DNA of 64,000 bases, from assembly GCA_040954595.2 (NCBI GenBank), contig CM082581.2, positions 7,834,059-7,898,058 of the forward strand. The letters are read 5' to 3'. Source of the DNA: Balanoglossus misakiensis. Lineage: Eukaryota > Animalia > Hemichordata. The position numbers and the translations under genes are program-made. Position 1 is the first letter of the stretch. The number at the start of each line of letters is the position of its first letter. The notes beneath the pieces are model-generated. The model ran no database searches. It saw only the letters and a program-made list of their open reading frames with translations, and was not told where the DNA came from. This document shows, piece after piece, positions 1 through 56,980 of the stretch.

Positions 1-1681
1 CTATCTCACTATATAGGCTTATATACTTTAACATTTCTTATCACAGGAATAGAGGAATATAGCATTGTTTATGTTCTTGCAATACGTAGTTGTTACAAGT
101 ACATACATGTGCGAGAAGACTATAGGCATAAGTCTCCTGCCCTTTTCATCTGTACTATCATCCGACTGACATGCGCATTACGAAACCCGATATATCCAGC
201 AGTTAATAGGTTTTCGACATCGCCGTGATATCAGCATTGATATATACTGAAATTTCAAACTATCACGGGTTCTAATTGACTCCGATAATAGTCCAATCAA
301 TCGGATATCATATAGACCTAGCTAATCTTCTTCGTCCTGACCAAGGTCACAAGAAAACAGGTCAGACATGACGACGATAGTCGTGCGAAGGCAAACATTT
401 ACATCATATGAAGTTCAATAAGTAATTCCCAACTCCGGGGAACTTTCCGCGCAAGGAATTAGCACGTTTCACTGAAAGAATCCAGAACAGTTACTCTGTA
501 TTTATATTGGAACTTGAACAAGTTGTTCAAATTACATTGCAAAATGTCTCTCAGTATAGTCAGATCCCGATGGGAGCATTAATATCAGTAGCAAGTTTCA
601 TCAAATCAGGTGCAAGAATTTCAGAAACATGCCACTTGTGACTGAAATTAACTCTTGATAGTACACCGAGACGTCGCCACAAAATTGGCTCAAGTGGTTC
701 ACAACGAGAGCTAAAATTAACAATGAAGTCATATACAATATAATATACATGTATTATAATACAATATACATGCACATGTAATATACATGTAACATAATAG
801 CCGCGCACTAAGTCATACTTTGAGACTAGAATTTCTATCAAATCAAAGTGCTGAAATTATCCACTGCGTATATATGCCACGCGCTGACAGCGTGAGAGTC
901 GAAAAGGACGCTCAACTCCTGGTTATTTAGAGAACAATGGCTTTTCCCCATTGTAGTCAGACTTTCATCCTATTGTCTATACACCGTTGTGTTTGCTGCA
1001 CCTCGGAACGGGCCTAAAAGAGACTGACCGCGGGCAGCAAGGAGGGCATTGGACGGATCGATATTTTAAGCCCGGTTAACTTGACAGAATTAAAGTCCGC
1101 CAAACCGTTCGATCGACGGAAACTGAGGGAACCGGGAAAAGATCTACATCCGGGGTATTATGGGGTATCAATTTTACAGGTGCGACGTGCCTCTCGGATT
1201 GGGAGACTAAAAGCTATCCGTGACATTTTTAATATCAATTTAGACGTTGCTGCGTGGTTTCTTGGCGATCAGCATCTGTTCAGGGAATGTCAATGGCAAT
1301 TTCAATGTAACAGTCGATCGATATTTGAGGGTGTTGACGTCGCTAGCTGCTTTGGTAAAAAAAAATACCAGCGTGTCGTAAAGTTGACGTTTCATGTAAC
1401 CAATGTGCATGCGCTTGTTTATGAGACGTAATAAACCCCCGAAATTTATTAATAAAACTCAGTTGACATAGGCTGGTTTGAAAGAAGTGCGAGATGATTG
1501 GATGTTTTGACAGGGCCGTGTTCGTCATACTTGAGAGAGAGGGGCTCTTTTCATCATCCAGGCGGATCCTGCACGTTGGAACGACAGGGCAAGTCTTAAG
1601 TCTTACGGAGAAGGTCTCCTCTGTGCCATCTTTGAGTGGTCGGTATGCGAACAGCAGACTCTAATCTGTCACGTGTTCAGA

Positions 1682-1748
1682 ATGTGTCGTCTGAGTGAAA
1701 AGGGATTCTTCATCACGGTGTTTGGCATTTTATGTTTGTTGAGGCTCG
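1682..1748 (+). CDS. PKHD1L1: Candidate alternative first coding exon 1a (signal peptide MCRLSEKGFFITVFGILCLLRL)
   Basis: ATG, basic then hydrophobic stretch, consensus donor G|GTAAGT in phase 1, compatible with exon 2. Confidence 0.55.
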
Positions 1749-4700
1749 GTAAGTTTCGTTCATAGATACATTTTTGTATTTTAAAGTTAAAATCTAGCAT
1801 CAATGGTTAGTTCAACGTTTTTCACTTAGGGTTCAACCATTTGTCAGTTTTCTTCATTTGCCATATTCACAGCCTTGTATTTTTAGATGATGATAACGCT
1901 TAGAGAGGAGATTGTAAAATCAATTTTCAAGAAATGGGTAGGCAAGATCCCTGGTATCAATCGTTCACTGTACACCTACGGTACTTACATAAAACCAATA
2001 AAATGTGAACCCAAAGTATTTTGGGCACGGAAGATTTCTAATTATAAGATCGTATTCTGCTGTATTCCGCATAGTTGAGTTCTTTCATATAACTCACGTG
2101 TCCTACACAGCCTCGTGCAACGCACATTTCGTGTTCAATTATGGAAACTACCAATTATGCTCGGTAGTTTGCAAATGACAGAGTGTGCAATACATGTACT
2201 GGGAGATTTATACACGGAGAATTGTTTTTAGCATGATTGTGCACGCGTGTCTTTTGTAACAACCGCATAACCCTTTTTACTACCGGACCGGCATTTCTTT
2301 CATGATATCACTTGTCAGCCGAGCTCGACGAGGACTGGCTTCGACAACGCCAGACAAAATGTACGCCGCACTTAAATTTGAAGTCAATCGTAACTCCATC
2401 AACGTGATTGTTATATGAGCGAGTTTGACGGTTGGCCAAACACTCTTATATATACAGCGGTCGAACCTTTGCCACCCCGCGCGACCTCGCCTTGTTTAAT
2501 CGAAAACTCTCGGTGTAGACCTGTCTTATGTACAAATACAAGAGGATTATATGTGTCACTGATATCGGCGACTCCTTTACATTACGTTAATAAATCCTTC
2601 TCCAGAGCAGCGCCATCAGTCTACTTATTTGGTGATTAAAATTCCTCGATGTGGACGCGTAGTCGAGTTTCACTGTTTCATTGACTTGGTTGGAGTGTTA
2701 AATTTTACTACAGAAGAAAAAGCAAGCGTGATATGTAACTTGTCTTATCACTAATTCACATGTTCCCAGGTCATGCTCGAAGATAGTACTGAGAACATGT
2801 TACATTTTGATAGATTCCACGTATGTGAATGATATACAGGATGTTGCTCTTCCATTGTAGAATTGACCAGGTATTTATCTCAACTATGATAAATTGTCTT
2901 CAATGAAAGATCTCTAGATCAATAAAATAGTATTACTATTGTCTTGTAAAGAAATATAACCTCTCTATAAAACAGCACCATTGTTCTATATAGTCAAACG
3001 CGATTTAATCCAAATTTCTGAAGAGGAGGCGACCTCTATACCAGTGACTTTTGTAGTGTATTGACAATCAGGCAGGTATTATGGAAAACCCGATCCACTC
3101 TGCCGCCGTTTCGGCGATTACATTTGTATAGTCAGGCCCCTAACACCCCTCCTGTTAATTGAAAACAGATTCCAGGCTTTGCACACATACACAAACTAGT
3201 TCCTTATTGTTGACTATATTCAATGTGAGTACGCTTTAATGACATTTGTTGTGAAAACGGCCTGAGTGAAATGTGTTTGCAACCCGGAGGGTGATTTTCG
3301 AGACACTGAAAAGAGAAAAGCAACATGGCTGCGGCGAGTACGTCACGACTGTATTGGCATTTCTTCGAGGCAGGTACTTGGGATACCAAGAGTTGGAATT
3401 TAGCAAGCTATTGTGAGGGAATAACCTGTTGACATAGACGATGTAATATACTGTCTTTAACCGGGACTAATTCTAGCTGATCACTACATGTATTAACTGT
3501 TGCAATATTTTCATCCTTCAGGCACGCTTATTTTGCATCCCCTCGCGTTTTCTCTCTCAATGGACTCGCGCCATCATTAAACTATGGGGATGATGAGGCA
3601 GTCACACTGTACCAGAAACAAGAAAGCAGTTCGGTGAAAAGTTCTGAGCTAGGCAACACGCACGCAAATTAACTAAGATCTGAAATTGGAAGTGTGATCG
3701 ACGTTGTCTAGTTTTAGACAAGCGGGCCTTCCCAAAGGTTGCTATGTCCCAAAGAGCTGCCCACAAGTCATCAATGCAAAACGAGGTACCGAATCGACGG
3801 AGACATGTCCACGTACATTGGCTATTGTTTGTTTTAAAAATAAATTTATACCAAAATCAGGTCTATGTTTAATTCTAATTAACATACTAATGACAGGAGT
3901 CATTAACTTCAAAATTTGATGACTATCCATTGTTTTTGGTCTTTTCTAATTTTCGAAGCTGTCTCAGTGCCTACAACATAAACAGGTCTGGACTACCAGT
4001 TAGTACTTGTTTCATTTTATTACGTCGCAACTGTGAGCCCTGGTAACCCAGAAAACCCTGGAAAACTATGGCTAGCAGGGTCAATGAACCTTGATTAATT
4101 ATGACCTTCTTGCTGACCTTGGTACCTACGAGACTGGAATATGTCAAGACGTATATATATTTATGACTTCTTCGCATCCAAAAGGCCAGCCGCCGACAGG
4201 GCTGTGACACAAGCAGTGAATACTACCGTTGCTATCGCCACGCTGTTAATACGGTTGAAAAGTCGCTTTAATTGGGAGAGTTTTTTTTCTAAAGGGGTTT
4301 CTGAATTTCTCTAACCCTGCTGCGATTTTGTCCATTCTCTGACACTCGCTGCACACCAAATGAGTTGCGTATTGTCTGGTGGATTTTTTTTCCACTGCTG
4401 AATAGGCACGTCACAGCAAAGAACAAAACGCTTTCTCAGGTAATCGCACAAAAGCGCCCCTTGTCTGCGATAATTGCTGTGGCATACAGGTGTGTACACA
4501 ACGTGCTCTATCGCACAAACAAGCGTACATCCTGATGTCTTCTTTGGCGTATTGGCGTATGTTTTTTTAATGACGGTCGACTGTCGATATAATGTTTTTA
4601 AAAGTACTTTTGAAATCCACAATTCTTAGCTGTTATTGAGTATTCGACCATAGAATATGGTATTTTCCTATTATCGATTATTTACCATGATATTTAAACA

Positions 4701-7700
4701 ACAAGTTAATTTGGCCATTCTGCTTGAGTAATGATCGTGTAATAGTTCCTGTTGCTGTAAATTATGTTTTTCTCTAAACGTAAACAAGTATACTGTCTTC
4801 TTATTTCACTTTGAGTGATGCATAATCTGATCTGATTTCGTCATCGCGTCGGATGCGCTCCCCTTGTCCTGCGATGTCCGGTCAGGTCGACGAACTTGAT
4901 CTATGGCAGATCTCCCCTCGGGCAGAGGATTGAAGAATAATGAAACCACTTTGTTTTCTTTTTTCTGTTCATATTATCCGCACAGTTGACAAACACCGTG
5001 AGGTCCTTTGGCCAATTTTAACCGGCGTCATTCCAGAGCATGAATTGATCGTGGTTCTCTATCGCCATTCTGCATTCTCAAAAGAAATGACAGCCGTCCT
5101 TGAACAGGAAATGAGTAAAACTTTACGACTTTTAATTCCTCAAAACAAAACCGATTCAAAAAATCAGGCAAAAGCTTACATGTTTTAACGTCATGCTCAA
5201 GACAATCGATGGATCCTGCCGTGTCGTGACGTCATCACCTGAGCTTGCTGGCAAATGTCCGACCTGCCGTTCGCTCGACCTTTTAGTTTTACTCGTCATC
5301 CCAACCTCGCGAAACAATGCGCGATCCCAACCGTGAACATATCTGAACAACGACGTGCTTTTCTTACCTGTGACTGCAGTGTCTCGCTTCAAAACACCGC
5401 ATTTCCGTACACGCATGTATGTTGGTCGAGTTACACAAAGTGGACGCGATGATGCGGTAAGCGCTATACATGTACAGGTACTATGTTTACAATTCTACTA
5501 ACGTGAAGAGTACTACCTGTTGTCACCAGAACTGAACCATTTCTTTTTTGGAATCGAATCGCATGCGGAATAAAGTTTGTTGGTTAACCTAAGTTGGCAA
5601 AAGTGTTATTTTCATTTGCGCCATATTTTGAACAGAGATTACTTGAAAAATTGAGGAATTTGGAAATCGACAAATTTCAAAGAATTGAAAGAATTCGAAA
5701 GAAAGAAAGAAAGCGCCCCGCGAATATCGTCTCTGCGAGGTTCGTTTCTGAGATAGAATGGTCAACCTTCTTCGGTACCTGGATGGAACAGCACTGAGGT
5801 TGCTGCAAGCGTGTCTGTGGTCTGAGACCGGTGCAAAAAAGTTGTTAGTATTACCCTTAGTTTTCCCAGAGCACGCCAACTCCCTGCAGTTGAACGCCTT
5901 TTACTCAAATATTGACACTGAACGAAAATTTTGATGAAAACACCAACTTTTTAATTGCTTTCAGAGGGTACATTTCACTGTTGGCCAGCCGACGCGGCAA
6001 GGTCACAGCTAACGTCAAACGTTACCCAGGGAACAACAATTTCTTAGCCCATTGTGAAGTTTGTCTCCAGGTTGAATAACAGTTACGTCCCTTTATAATT
6101 AATTAAAAGTTAGAGGTTCGCATTGACCACAGACCACTTGCGTCAAGGGAGAAATTGACGGTGACCAATGTAACTAATTAAAAGGGTTCGCAGACTGACA
6201 TCAAAGTATTTCTATTTTTAGTTAACACCCCGGTAAAAAGATTTTTCACAAAATCGCAAACAGGTGTCCCAGTGAAATGATTTAGTAGGACCCGAATCCA
6301 CCAAATCGCCCAGCCTATAGGAGGTTGACCGAGTGGTCTTTCCAACATCCCTCTGTGCCATTTTAGCCTTTAAGTTGCTAAACCGCGATACAGAGGAGCT
6401 TGGTTTTAACCATGGCTGTGAAAATCCGCAGCGACTTTCTGTCTGAGGCTCGAGATTCAAAACTTCCGTATGGCTACTTTTCCTCCACACGCATGCTCAT
6501 GACACGATGATTGGGGCGTATTTTTCGCCGTGATTTTTTTAGCGAAAACTGACCAAGCGATTCCATTAGAACTAAATAGTTAAACATATTTAGTTTATCC
6601 TGCGTTTTGTCACGCATCAAAATCCGTGACGAGTCTAAATCCGTCACAATGAGACCAGCATTGTTGTTTCTTTCACCTGACACTTCCCAAATGTCAGACT
6701 CTGGTAATTGTGCCATCGTTTTGTCTGTCTCCTGTTTTGTTGTTTTCTCAGCAATTTGAAAAACCATGTTGTGGAAAGGATTAGCTTGTCGATAATCTTA
6801 AACAAACGGAGAATAATCTCGACTCCTCAGCATTAATGGACTTGCGTCAAATGTACCGATTGTTGCTAAGGGATTACTGAATGAAGTTTTCGGTTCGATA
6901 CACTGGACAGACTTCAAGCGGACCATTTTGAAAACTTTCATCTTGTTTTTTTTTCTTCTGCTAATGAAACTATAAAACTTATATTTTGACTACAGTAGCT
7001 TTAAAATATACGTGATGCAAATGCCCCTCCCCCCCCACTATTTGAGTGGTGTCCGCAACTGATGCTAAAACATTCCGCATCTCGATAGATTCGATGATCA
7101 TTAATAAGTTTCTTATCATAATTTAGAATATCAGAATTGTCATCTTTGGAGTGATCGCAATGCATACATAGCCGAGCCGGTCGTGTCGGTATATACAAGC
7201 TTAGTGTTAAAGTAAATCAAACGCCAAATTATCGTCGAGTCCGACATCAGCATTACGCCATCACGACTTTTTTTATCGTCGAGGCCAGCAACCGCCGCAG
7301 GTTGGATATGATCTCACCTGATCTGTGTGTGACAATAGATGACAATAGGTTACGCTGTACGGTCTCCGGTGATTGATTTTGCAAGCGCAGAAAAATTCGC
7401 AGGGCTTTAGTTACCTAAAATCTGTAACCAACCCAAAACACATTCCAATCAACCATCACGTTAATGTAATGAAGCCAAACTCAACCAAGAAGATCACTTA
7501 ACACCATTCTATTTTATTAAAATGACGTCAGAAAGTAAGAAAAACAAAAACATAAAACGATGCGCCTCTTCTTTGACGCCCAGTCTTTTATTTGTCAGAG
7601 AACAATGCGGAATTTGCGATGTATATGCAATAAAATCTGAAATCAACACATCTGTGATGAAATACCGTTACCCAGTGGCCGTGTATTAGCGAAGGCCAAG

Positions 7701-8621
7701 TCATAGCAATGCAATCCCGCCGCTGTTGAACCCATGCAAGTCACCGCATGCACACAAACGTTTTCCTTGCCAATATTTTGATGAAAGTGTGAGCACGTAA
7801 AGAACGTTTACGGGTAAAAACAGAACTTCCCGATTTTTGTTAAATTCACGACTTGTCATTGTTACAAAGCTAGTCATCCGCTCAGTTTACGGAGTAGTGT
7901 TTACGATTATCCCGTAGTATTGTTTGCGACAAAGAAATATGGATAGGGGTGCGGTTTGTCTTCTCTCGGTTAAACCTTACAAGTAATAAACACCACGATC
8001 TCACGCTGTGCCCTGACAAGTACGACTGCCCTATTGCTCTATGACACAGAGACATTGGTTTATTTCCCTTTCCCGGTGTCATTGACATTTCATAAGCATC
8101 TCTTAGACCGCGGATGTAATAAGAAGGTTGCTACCCCCTTGGCTGGTCTAAATTCCGATAAACCAGCAGTAGGCCTATTAGGCCAATACAACGTAGGAAT
8201 TGAAATATGTCCGGTCGCATTGTCTACCAAAGATGATCTACCGTCTAACAGGTGTCTTCAGGGAATTTTAAAGGCATATAAAGCACTAAAAATCGTTTAC
8301 TGCGAGGGGAGGTGGTGAATTCGAGACCCTGTAATTTAATGTGCTTACGTCAGACGCGACGTCCTGGCAACGGTGACAACAGGTGGGTCATTGTTATGCA
8401 AAGAAGTCGTGAAGTCAGGCACGTCGGCAAAAGGGGGAGGGGGAGCCTTTGATTAAAGTTTCTCATCACTCGAAGCCCACCTTTTGTGTGAATAGACATT
8501 GTCTGGCAAGCCACTTGTTGCCAGCCGGTCGGTCATCACTCACTATTCAACCCCGCTCACATTTAAGTTCAACATTGTCACGAGCTGGCTCAGTAACGTG
8601 CATTGCTCGTAACCATTAACG

Positions 8622-8629
8622 TACATAAA
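8622..8629 (+). promoter_or_regulatory. TATA-like element upstream of exon 1b
   Basis: TACATAAA about 120 nt upstream of ATG 8744; motif only. Confidence 0.25.
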
Positions 8630-8743
8630 CGCCACGTCTGGAACTGAAGATTCCTACACAAAGTGCGCGGTGGGAATGTGTGGACTTTGAGAAAACTTCA
8701 AACATTTTTTTGACAAGTTTTGGTTTTACGGTGTACTGTCGCC

Positions 8744-50488
<41,745 letters not shown>

Positions 50489-51954
50489 AGACAGACACCG
50501 AATGAAACATGCTTATCTACTTGTGATTCTGGGTAATTGCCACACATGTAAAATTATCTATTGGCATTTTCGTGTCAATCAGTATGCGACCGAGAAGAAA
50601 TGTAACTATGCAAATTATATGTGAATAATCAACAAGGGCTAAGATAATTAGCAGAAAGGTCAGAAATGTCAAACTAGGATGACAAAGATATAGGAAAGAT
50701 TATCACAGGAATCTGAAATCGTTGTAATTTTCAATAAGCCGTTAGCTTGTATTATATTTTGATGATTTGTATATTGTAATTTTCATATTTCTGTTTGTGA
50801 GTTCAGAATACCGTATGCTTTCACCATTTTCAGACTTGTCTACAGCTGGCATGTGAGGTCCACATGATGATGTGTGTGTGATCATGTGACACTGATAATG
50901 GATGCTGAGTGTGAATTGTGCAATTTTTTTTTCATTGAAACATTTGAACCCCCACCGTACTAACATTGCCTATTGTAGGATATTTTTTTCATCCCATTCA
51001 TCCATCTCCGAACCCGTATTGGCACAGAGAAGCTTGAGTAAAGTCATCATACACGGCTGAAATATCCAAAATGGAGGACGTCAAAAGATGAAATCTCGAT
51101 CACTAACAATCTTGCCAAAAACTGACACTCAGTGCAAACGGCTTACATCATATCTTGCCTGCGACATTGACCCTCAATCTCAGTATTCGCAGCTAGACTT
51201 GATTGACAGAAAAACTGCTGTGCAAAGGCTGTCCCCCTCCAAAACATTACAACAAAAACATTAATACTTCCAACAGAAATTCTTGTTTGCCTGCTAACCG
51301 AGCCTTGCGTTTTTTGTCCAGTATTTGCTGTTGTTTTGCAGATTGCGTGTGTTATGAAACTAACTTTCAAACCAGTTGATGCGACTAAACATTGTTTTAA
51401 TGTTGCTTATGTTACATGCTATTTCAAAAAAAAATATTTTCCAGTGTGTGTACCTAAATGAGTTTGTCTACAAATTATTTTAAATTTTGTTTACAGCGCA
51501 TACATATAACTAGGTTAACACAATATCAGGCCTGATGGCATTTACAGTATTCATGTGTATACAGTGCTCTTGCTTGCAATGAAACGCTTGCAGTTTCTCT
51601 GCGCAGCACCTAATATTGTTATATCCGTCCTTACACTTGTGGTCTGATCGACCAGAATTTACAGTAGAACTCTGTCCTGAAAGCAGCACTGCTCGGAAAT
51701 GAAACGCTGAACGCAGTATCCCAATACACCTCTGATTTCTCTAATCCAATGGATTGTTTACAAACACGATGATCACAATGTCTTACCTCGGTTTTTGGAT
51801 ATATACCAAAAAACATTTTCCAGAATGCTCATTATTATTATTATACTGTTCCATAATACACACAGTTTTCATTACACAATTTACAGATCAGTCGTGTTTT
51901 TTTATTCACGAGTGTCCAGATGTGGAGCTTGAGACTGTTTCGTTAATACATTAA

Positions 51955-52039
51955 CCCTTTCACCCCCAGTTGCCTCTTTAGAGGTTAAACCTTACTGTAG
52001 AAAACAGTGGATTTGGACTGAACCATTCTGGTGAAAGGG
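51955..52039. mobile_element. piggyBac-like mini element in the predicted 3' UTR
   Basis: ttaa-CCCTTTCACC...GGTGAAAGGG-taaa terminal inverted repeats; related copy near 45461. Confidence 0.55.
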
Positions 52040-52186
52040 TAAACACGAACCATGACCTTGTTTGACATTTTCAAAAAGGGTGGCAGGTTTCTGTCTTGCC
52101 TTTGTAAGAAGTAAAGTTTCTTTGACATTTGGACTTTCTATGGAACTTTTTTTGCTGTGTATTGTAGTTGTATTTCGTATAATGGA

Positions 52187-52192
52187 AATAAA
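52187..52192 (+). terminator. Probable polyadenylation signal of the fibrocystin-L gene
   Basis: AATAAA followed by GT/T-rich sequence, 1.7 kb after the stop; a second AATAAA lies near 52456. Confidence 0.45.
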
Positions 52193-52636
52193 TCAGTGCA
52201 TTCATCCTGGGATTGGTTCACTGTGTGATCGATTGTTTTGGATAAAGTTGCTGAGCATCGTTATTGGAAAGGAAAGAAGTTTATAAGACTTATGTTAGAA
52301 AACGAGAGAATGGGATGTGGTTTTGGTTTTTTAGCTGATAGCGCCACCACACGATTGAATGTCTTTCTTCAATGCCTTCGTTTTAAGATCCCTGTGCTAA
52401 TTACCTTAGCACCCATACTCTTCTGCGCGCGTACAACCATATAGTTCGAGCGTCGAATAAAAAAATGAACGGTGTCATCACACTGGATTGACCGACTAAG
52501 TGTGAGACAATAGATTGAGTGCGAATATTAATATTGATGATGGTGGTGGTGGCTGCTGAAAGATTAATCCTGCCCGGGCGCTAGCCGGCGCACTGCCTTC
52601 GCACATACATTGTAACTGGATCATCTTTCAGTCTCG

Positions 52637-52712
52637 TGGTGGTGGTGGTGGTGATGATGATGATGATGATGATGATGAGGAGGAGGATGATGATGAGGAT
52701 GATGATGATGAT
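52637..52712. repeat. (GGT)/(GAT)/(GAG) compound microsatellite
   Basis: Seen directly. Confidence 0.9.
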
Positions 52713-54391
52713 GTGTCAAAATTATCGGTCAGTGGCTATTCTCCTCTTTTCCTTGTTAGATAGGAAGCAGATGTGCTCACGTTGTCATTTTTAACATACT
52801 ACTTTCGGTCACGTTGCAGATTGACAGAGACGACACAAAATCACCGTAAATTACTGAACTCTCAACTTATTATAAGTTATTATATGCCCAGTGTTGCGGA
52901 TGCTCGCAATCTCCCGGACCACGGATTTAGGCCACGAGTGACTTACCTACAACATAAAATAGTCCCACCGGGCGGTCATAAAAATTAACGACGTCTTACT
53001 TTAATACGCTCTGTCATATGTACCTACACAACAACATCACAAATTAACTCCAGGGGAAAACTATCACCATGGTGAATCATACAAGATAACAAAACATGTT
53101 TTCGAGATCGTTCGTTTGCAGGGAAGGAAATTGACAATAGAAAATGCATAGAATTTAGAAGATAGGATTTTAACGAGAATAACTGCTTTTGGACTCTTAT
53201 TTTTGTTAATTTGCAAAGGAAAGTTGGCGCGTTGTCAGCATCACTGACCTTTTTGGACGACCTGATAAGAGTTTTTTTGTCTGTGTGTGTCTGTGTGTGC
53301 CCCTTTTATAACGATTTATTATTGTTTGAACCATAAACGGTTTTCTTCGTGGGGTAAACAAATCTGTCTAGCTTGGCGTAAGAGAAAACTCATGATCAGA
53401 ATTTTGATTAGTTGGAGCAAATATTGATCTCGGCACGCTCTCTCCTGCCGACAGAGTGAACAACCAGCCTCGCCAAGACAGTTAACGCGCTCTCAAACAT
53501 ATATCCAAACTTACGCCGGGCATTGTAAAGTAGGCCTACCACAATAAAAACGAAAGGCTTTAGTTTTTTTTCATATATATAGAACTTCAATGGCGACGAA
53601 AAAGTCTTTTGTTTGGCTACGAAAGGTAGTCATGCGTGACCTCGCCCCAAATTTTCTCACAAACACTGCTTGTGACGTCATAGCTTGTCGAATGGTAACC
53701 AACATCATATGTACTCTGTCGTCATAAACAACTACACGCAGCGCGTTTGTTGAAAATTTGACGGTCCTTTTTTTATTTGCTGATTTCTTAAGTGTGGAAA
53801 CAAAAGCTTTTAAGAAAACCGCAGGCCCTACAGGTAGCTATGCCAACCAGACCATTGTTCTGCTAGTATGATCCATTAATAATTTAGAGGCCAGTTCCGA
53901 TTATTTCAACTGTTATGATACTTTAATTTCTGTATAAAGTTAAATTTTGTAATCAAAATTAACAATGTTGAGGTGCGCTTCTGAACCCAGCTGATATAAA
54001 ATTCACGACACGTCCTCTACACCAACACCCCTCTGTGAAAAATAGTATCGACCATTAATGAGAAAAAGGGTCATATATTTGATAAATGCCCCTGCGAATT
54101 TCATGCCAGAGAAAAGGGTGTTATAAAACGTGGACTGTTGGCATCGTGGAATCTGGATCGTGTCGCCGTGGTTTGATCAACGATCGGTCTCTTTTTCTGG
54201 ATAATCGTAGCTCGCAATTTGTGTCACGAAGCATCAACGTTTAAGTGGAATTTGGAACACAAAACACGGGCGTAACACTGGTAGCACGGTTGAAAACAAG
54301 GCAGCTCTCACCTATTTACGTGCACTGTGTTTCGACAGCGGCTGGTGAAGCAGGGATTTATACTGAGGTGAACTCCTAAAATCGGTGTCGC

Positions 54392-54399
54392 TATATATA
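54392..54399 (+). promoter_or_regulatory. TATA-like element upstream of prominin
   Basis: TATATATA about 150 nt upstream of ATG 54544. Confidence 0.35.
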
Positions 54400-54543
54400 G
54401 TGTACTCTAAATCGCGACGAGGCTTGCGGCTTCAGTCCGCATCCAACGGACGATATAACCGCCTGTGCCCGGCAAGACCCGGGAGAGAGCCCAGGAGGAG
54501 AGAGTGATTTTCTATTCCGAGGCTACATCCAACGTGATCCAAG

Positions 54544-54790
54544 ATGGAGTCAAGGAGAACGACACTCCATCTCCTATTCGCATTCGTTTTAGCATTTACA
54601 CTGGCGACGTCGGAAGTCAGCGCGACGGACAACATCAACGACGACGGGAACATTACATGGGCCGATTTCCCCGCGGGAGAGGAGTACCTAACCCCAGACG
54701 AGTATGACGAAGGTGAACCACCACTGCCAGCGATGTGGGACATGATGTACGGTTGGATTAACACGATTTCACCAGGAGAACTTCCATACG
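54544..54790 (+). CDS. PROM1: Prominin exon 1 (signal peptide and N-terminal ectodomain)
   Basis: MESRRTTLHLLFAFVLAFTLA...WINTISPGELPY, donor G|GTATGG phase 1. Confidence 0.85.
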
Positions 54791-54950
54791 GTATGGGGTC
54801 ATTAAACAAATATGTTCGAAAGTATTCTTAAAATTGGCGGTAGTTGTTAGTTCTGCTCATCATTATCAGACCGAATCTTTTTTCGTCACCCCATGCACTG
54901 GTCACGTTGGTATAATGCATGCCTATCTAGTCAATAATTAAGAGAGTGAA

Positions 54951-55032
<82 letters not shown>

Positions 55033-56947
55033 GGGGGAGAGAGGGAGGAGATTTCGTAGCATGTAGAACTTGAAAACTGTAGAACCACAACCTTTCTCAC
55101 TCAAGCGGTACTTTTAAAGACTCCTCGGAATGTGTAAATTACACAGACCGACAACTCGTCAATTTTTTGTGTTTAACAGAATCCTGACACTATTTTCATG
55201 TAGCGACAAAGGGTTCTTCTCTCAATATATTAGATACAAGAATGCCAGTTATCCGGTGGAAAGAGAAGGGATATGCGTTGTTGGAGTCGTTAATGAGTGT
55301 GATTGTTCGTATAACCCTTTGTTGTGCCTATGGAGGAATTCATGGACATTATTCAGTCATGACAGTTGCACAGCCCTTCACTGTCATTGGTGTCATTGTG
55401 CAACCAAGCCCATTTGGGGGAGGGGTTTAAGGTCAAGGCCTCACTCTATATAGCTGTACAAGACGTGTGTGTGCGACCATGACACCCGCACCTTCAAATT
55501 CCATGGAAATTGCCCTCTTACTCATCTTACTATCTAAGTATTGGGCCTGGCTTTCGTCGGTTCCGCATCATGTTCGTGAAACGCTTTGCTACTTAACACA
55601 GCCAACGAAAATAAGATTATTGTATAATCAGTATCTTGTCTAATAATTATGATATTAACGTGCGTTTGTTTATTTCCGTGTGCGTCTAAACCATTACTAT
55701 CCGTGATATACGTTTCACGCGGAGACACTGCACATTCAACAGGTGGTTCCTGGACACCCGAGTCTGAGCGGAGGAATGCAGACTCTGAAAATACCGCGGT
55801 GTTGGCAAATTTTAAGAGGTCTGTTGATTCAGCGCTCTTTCTTTCCCCCAAAAACGCGACAACCTTGCTCCGACAAACATGACTCGGAAACGGAAATTGT
55901 TGAGTGATGAGTGCATATATCGACAATGCACTTGTGTGCTTATCAGTTTTTAAGGGCCACTCTCTTGTTGCGTGTGAGCTGGAGGCATGAGCACCGCGAA
56001 ATCTATCTGAATCTTTCGGATTGAATCTTAGTGAAAGTGATGTTGAACCGGTTCTGTACACAGTGTAAGTCCACAAAGTTGTAGTGCACGCAACGCATGT
56101 CTATCAAACAATTCTACACACATGTACAGACTTATCGGGTGAGAAAGGCCTACTTTACATGTACATGTACCTGCATACGTGGATTATAGAGCACGGTGGG
56201 GAGGGACCGTGGTTAGAGACACGTGCAGTGTTCTGCTCACTCGGCTTGGAATTTACCTGCGAAAGATTCTGCCGAAACGAAGCTTTCCGCTCGAGCGAGC
56301 TTCGAGTTTGTTTATTCAATTCCGCTTCTGAACAGGTGCGTGCAATGATGCAATAGGGACATCTGGAATCCCGCCAATCAGATCGATTGCGCGATTCAAC
56401 CGTGTTCTCTACATTAAACTGCCACAAGAAACTTCTGGGCATACACTCAAGCTGCAGTATATATACATCTATAGACCGAAATATCCCCAATTACCAGTTG
56501 TAACACATCACACATCCTGTACATGGGTATATACAGCATGTCTTGGCAACTGTTATACCACTGCAAATACGTACTTGATCTACACAGCCAAATACTGTGA
56601 CTGTGATTCTAAACGTGTTGGTGTAAATCGATAGCTGCAGTAACTATTATACATTTGACCGCAATCTTGTAGTTTGTAAATACCCATTGAACTTTTCCCG
56701 ATACGTGCCACGACGGCTCTCGTTCAATAGTGACGTGACGGTGGGTGATTTGTTATCGCGTCGTGACTGTGTTCCAGGACTTTCAACGAAAAAATATCTA
56801 CACTGATCCGTATGTCGAACCCGCGTTTTCAATGAATCAGTTCAGAAAAAAGGCAACTCTAATTTTTTTTACGTTTGGAGTATCCGATGTGTATTTTTAT
56901 CCTGTCACGTGCCAGTTTTTTTAAGTTCTATATTTTTATTATGTTAT

Positions 56948-56980
<33 letters not shown>

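Noticed and set aside
5594-5797. Charged helical-looking 67-aa ORF
   Set aside because: TTG start, no splice context, no recognisable family; likely a repeat-derived or chance ORF.
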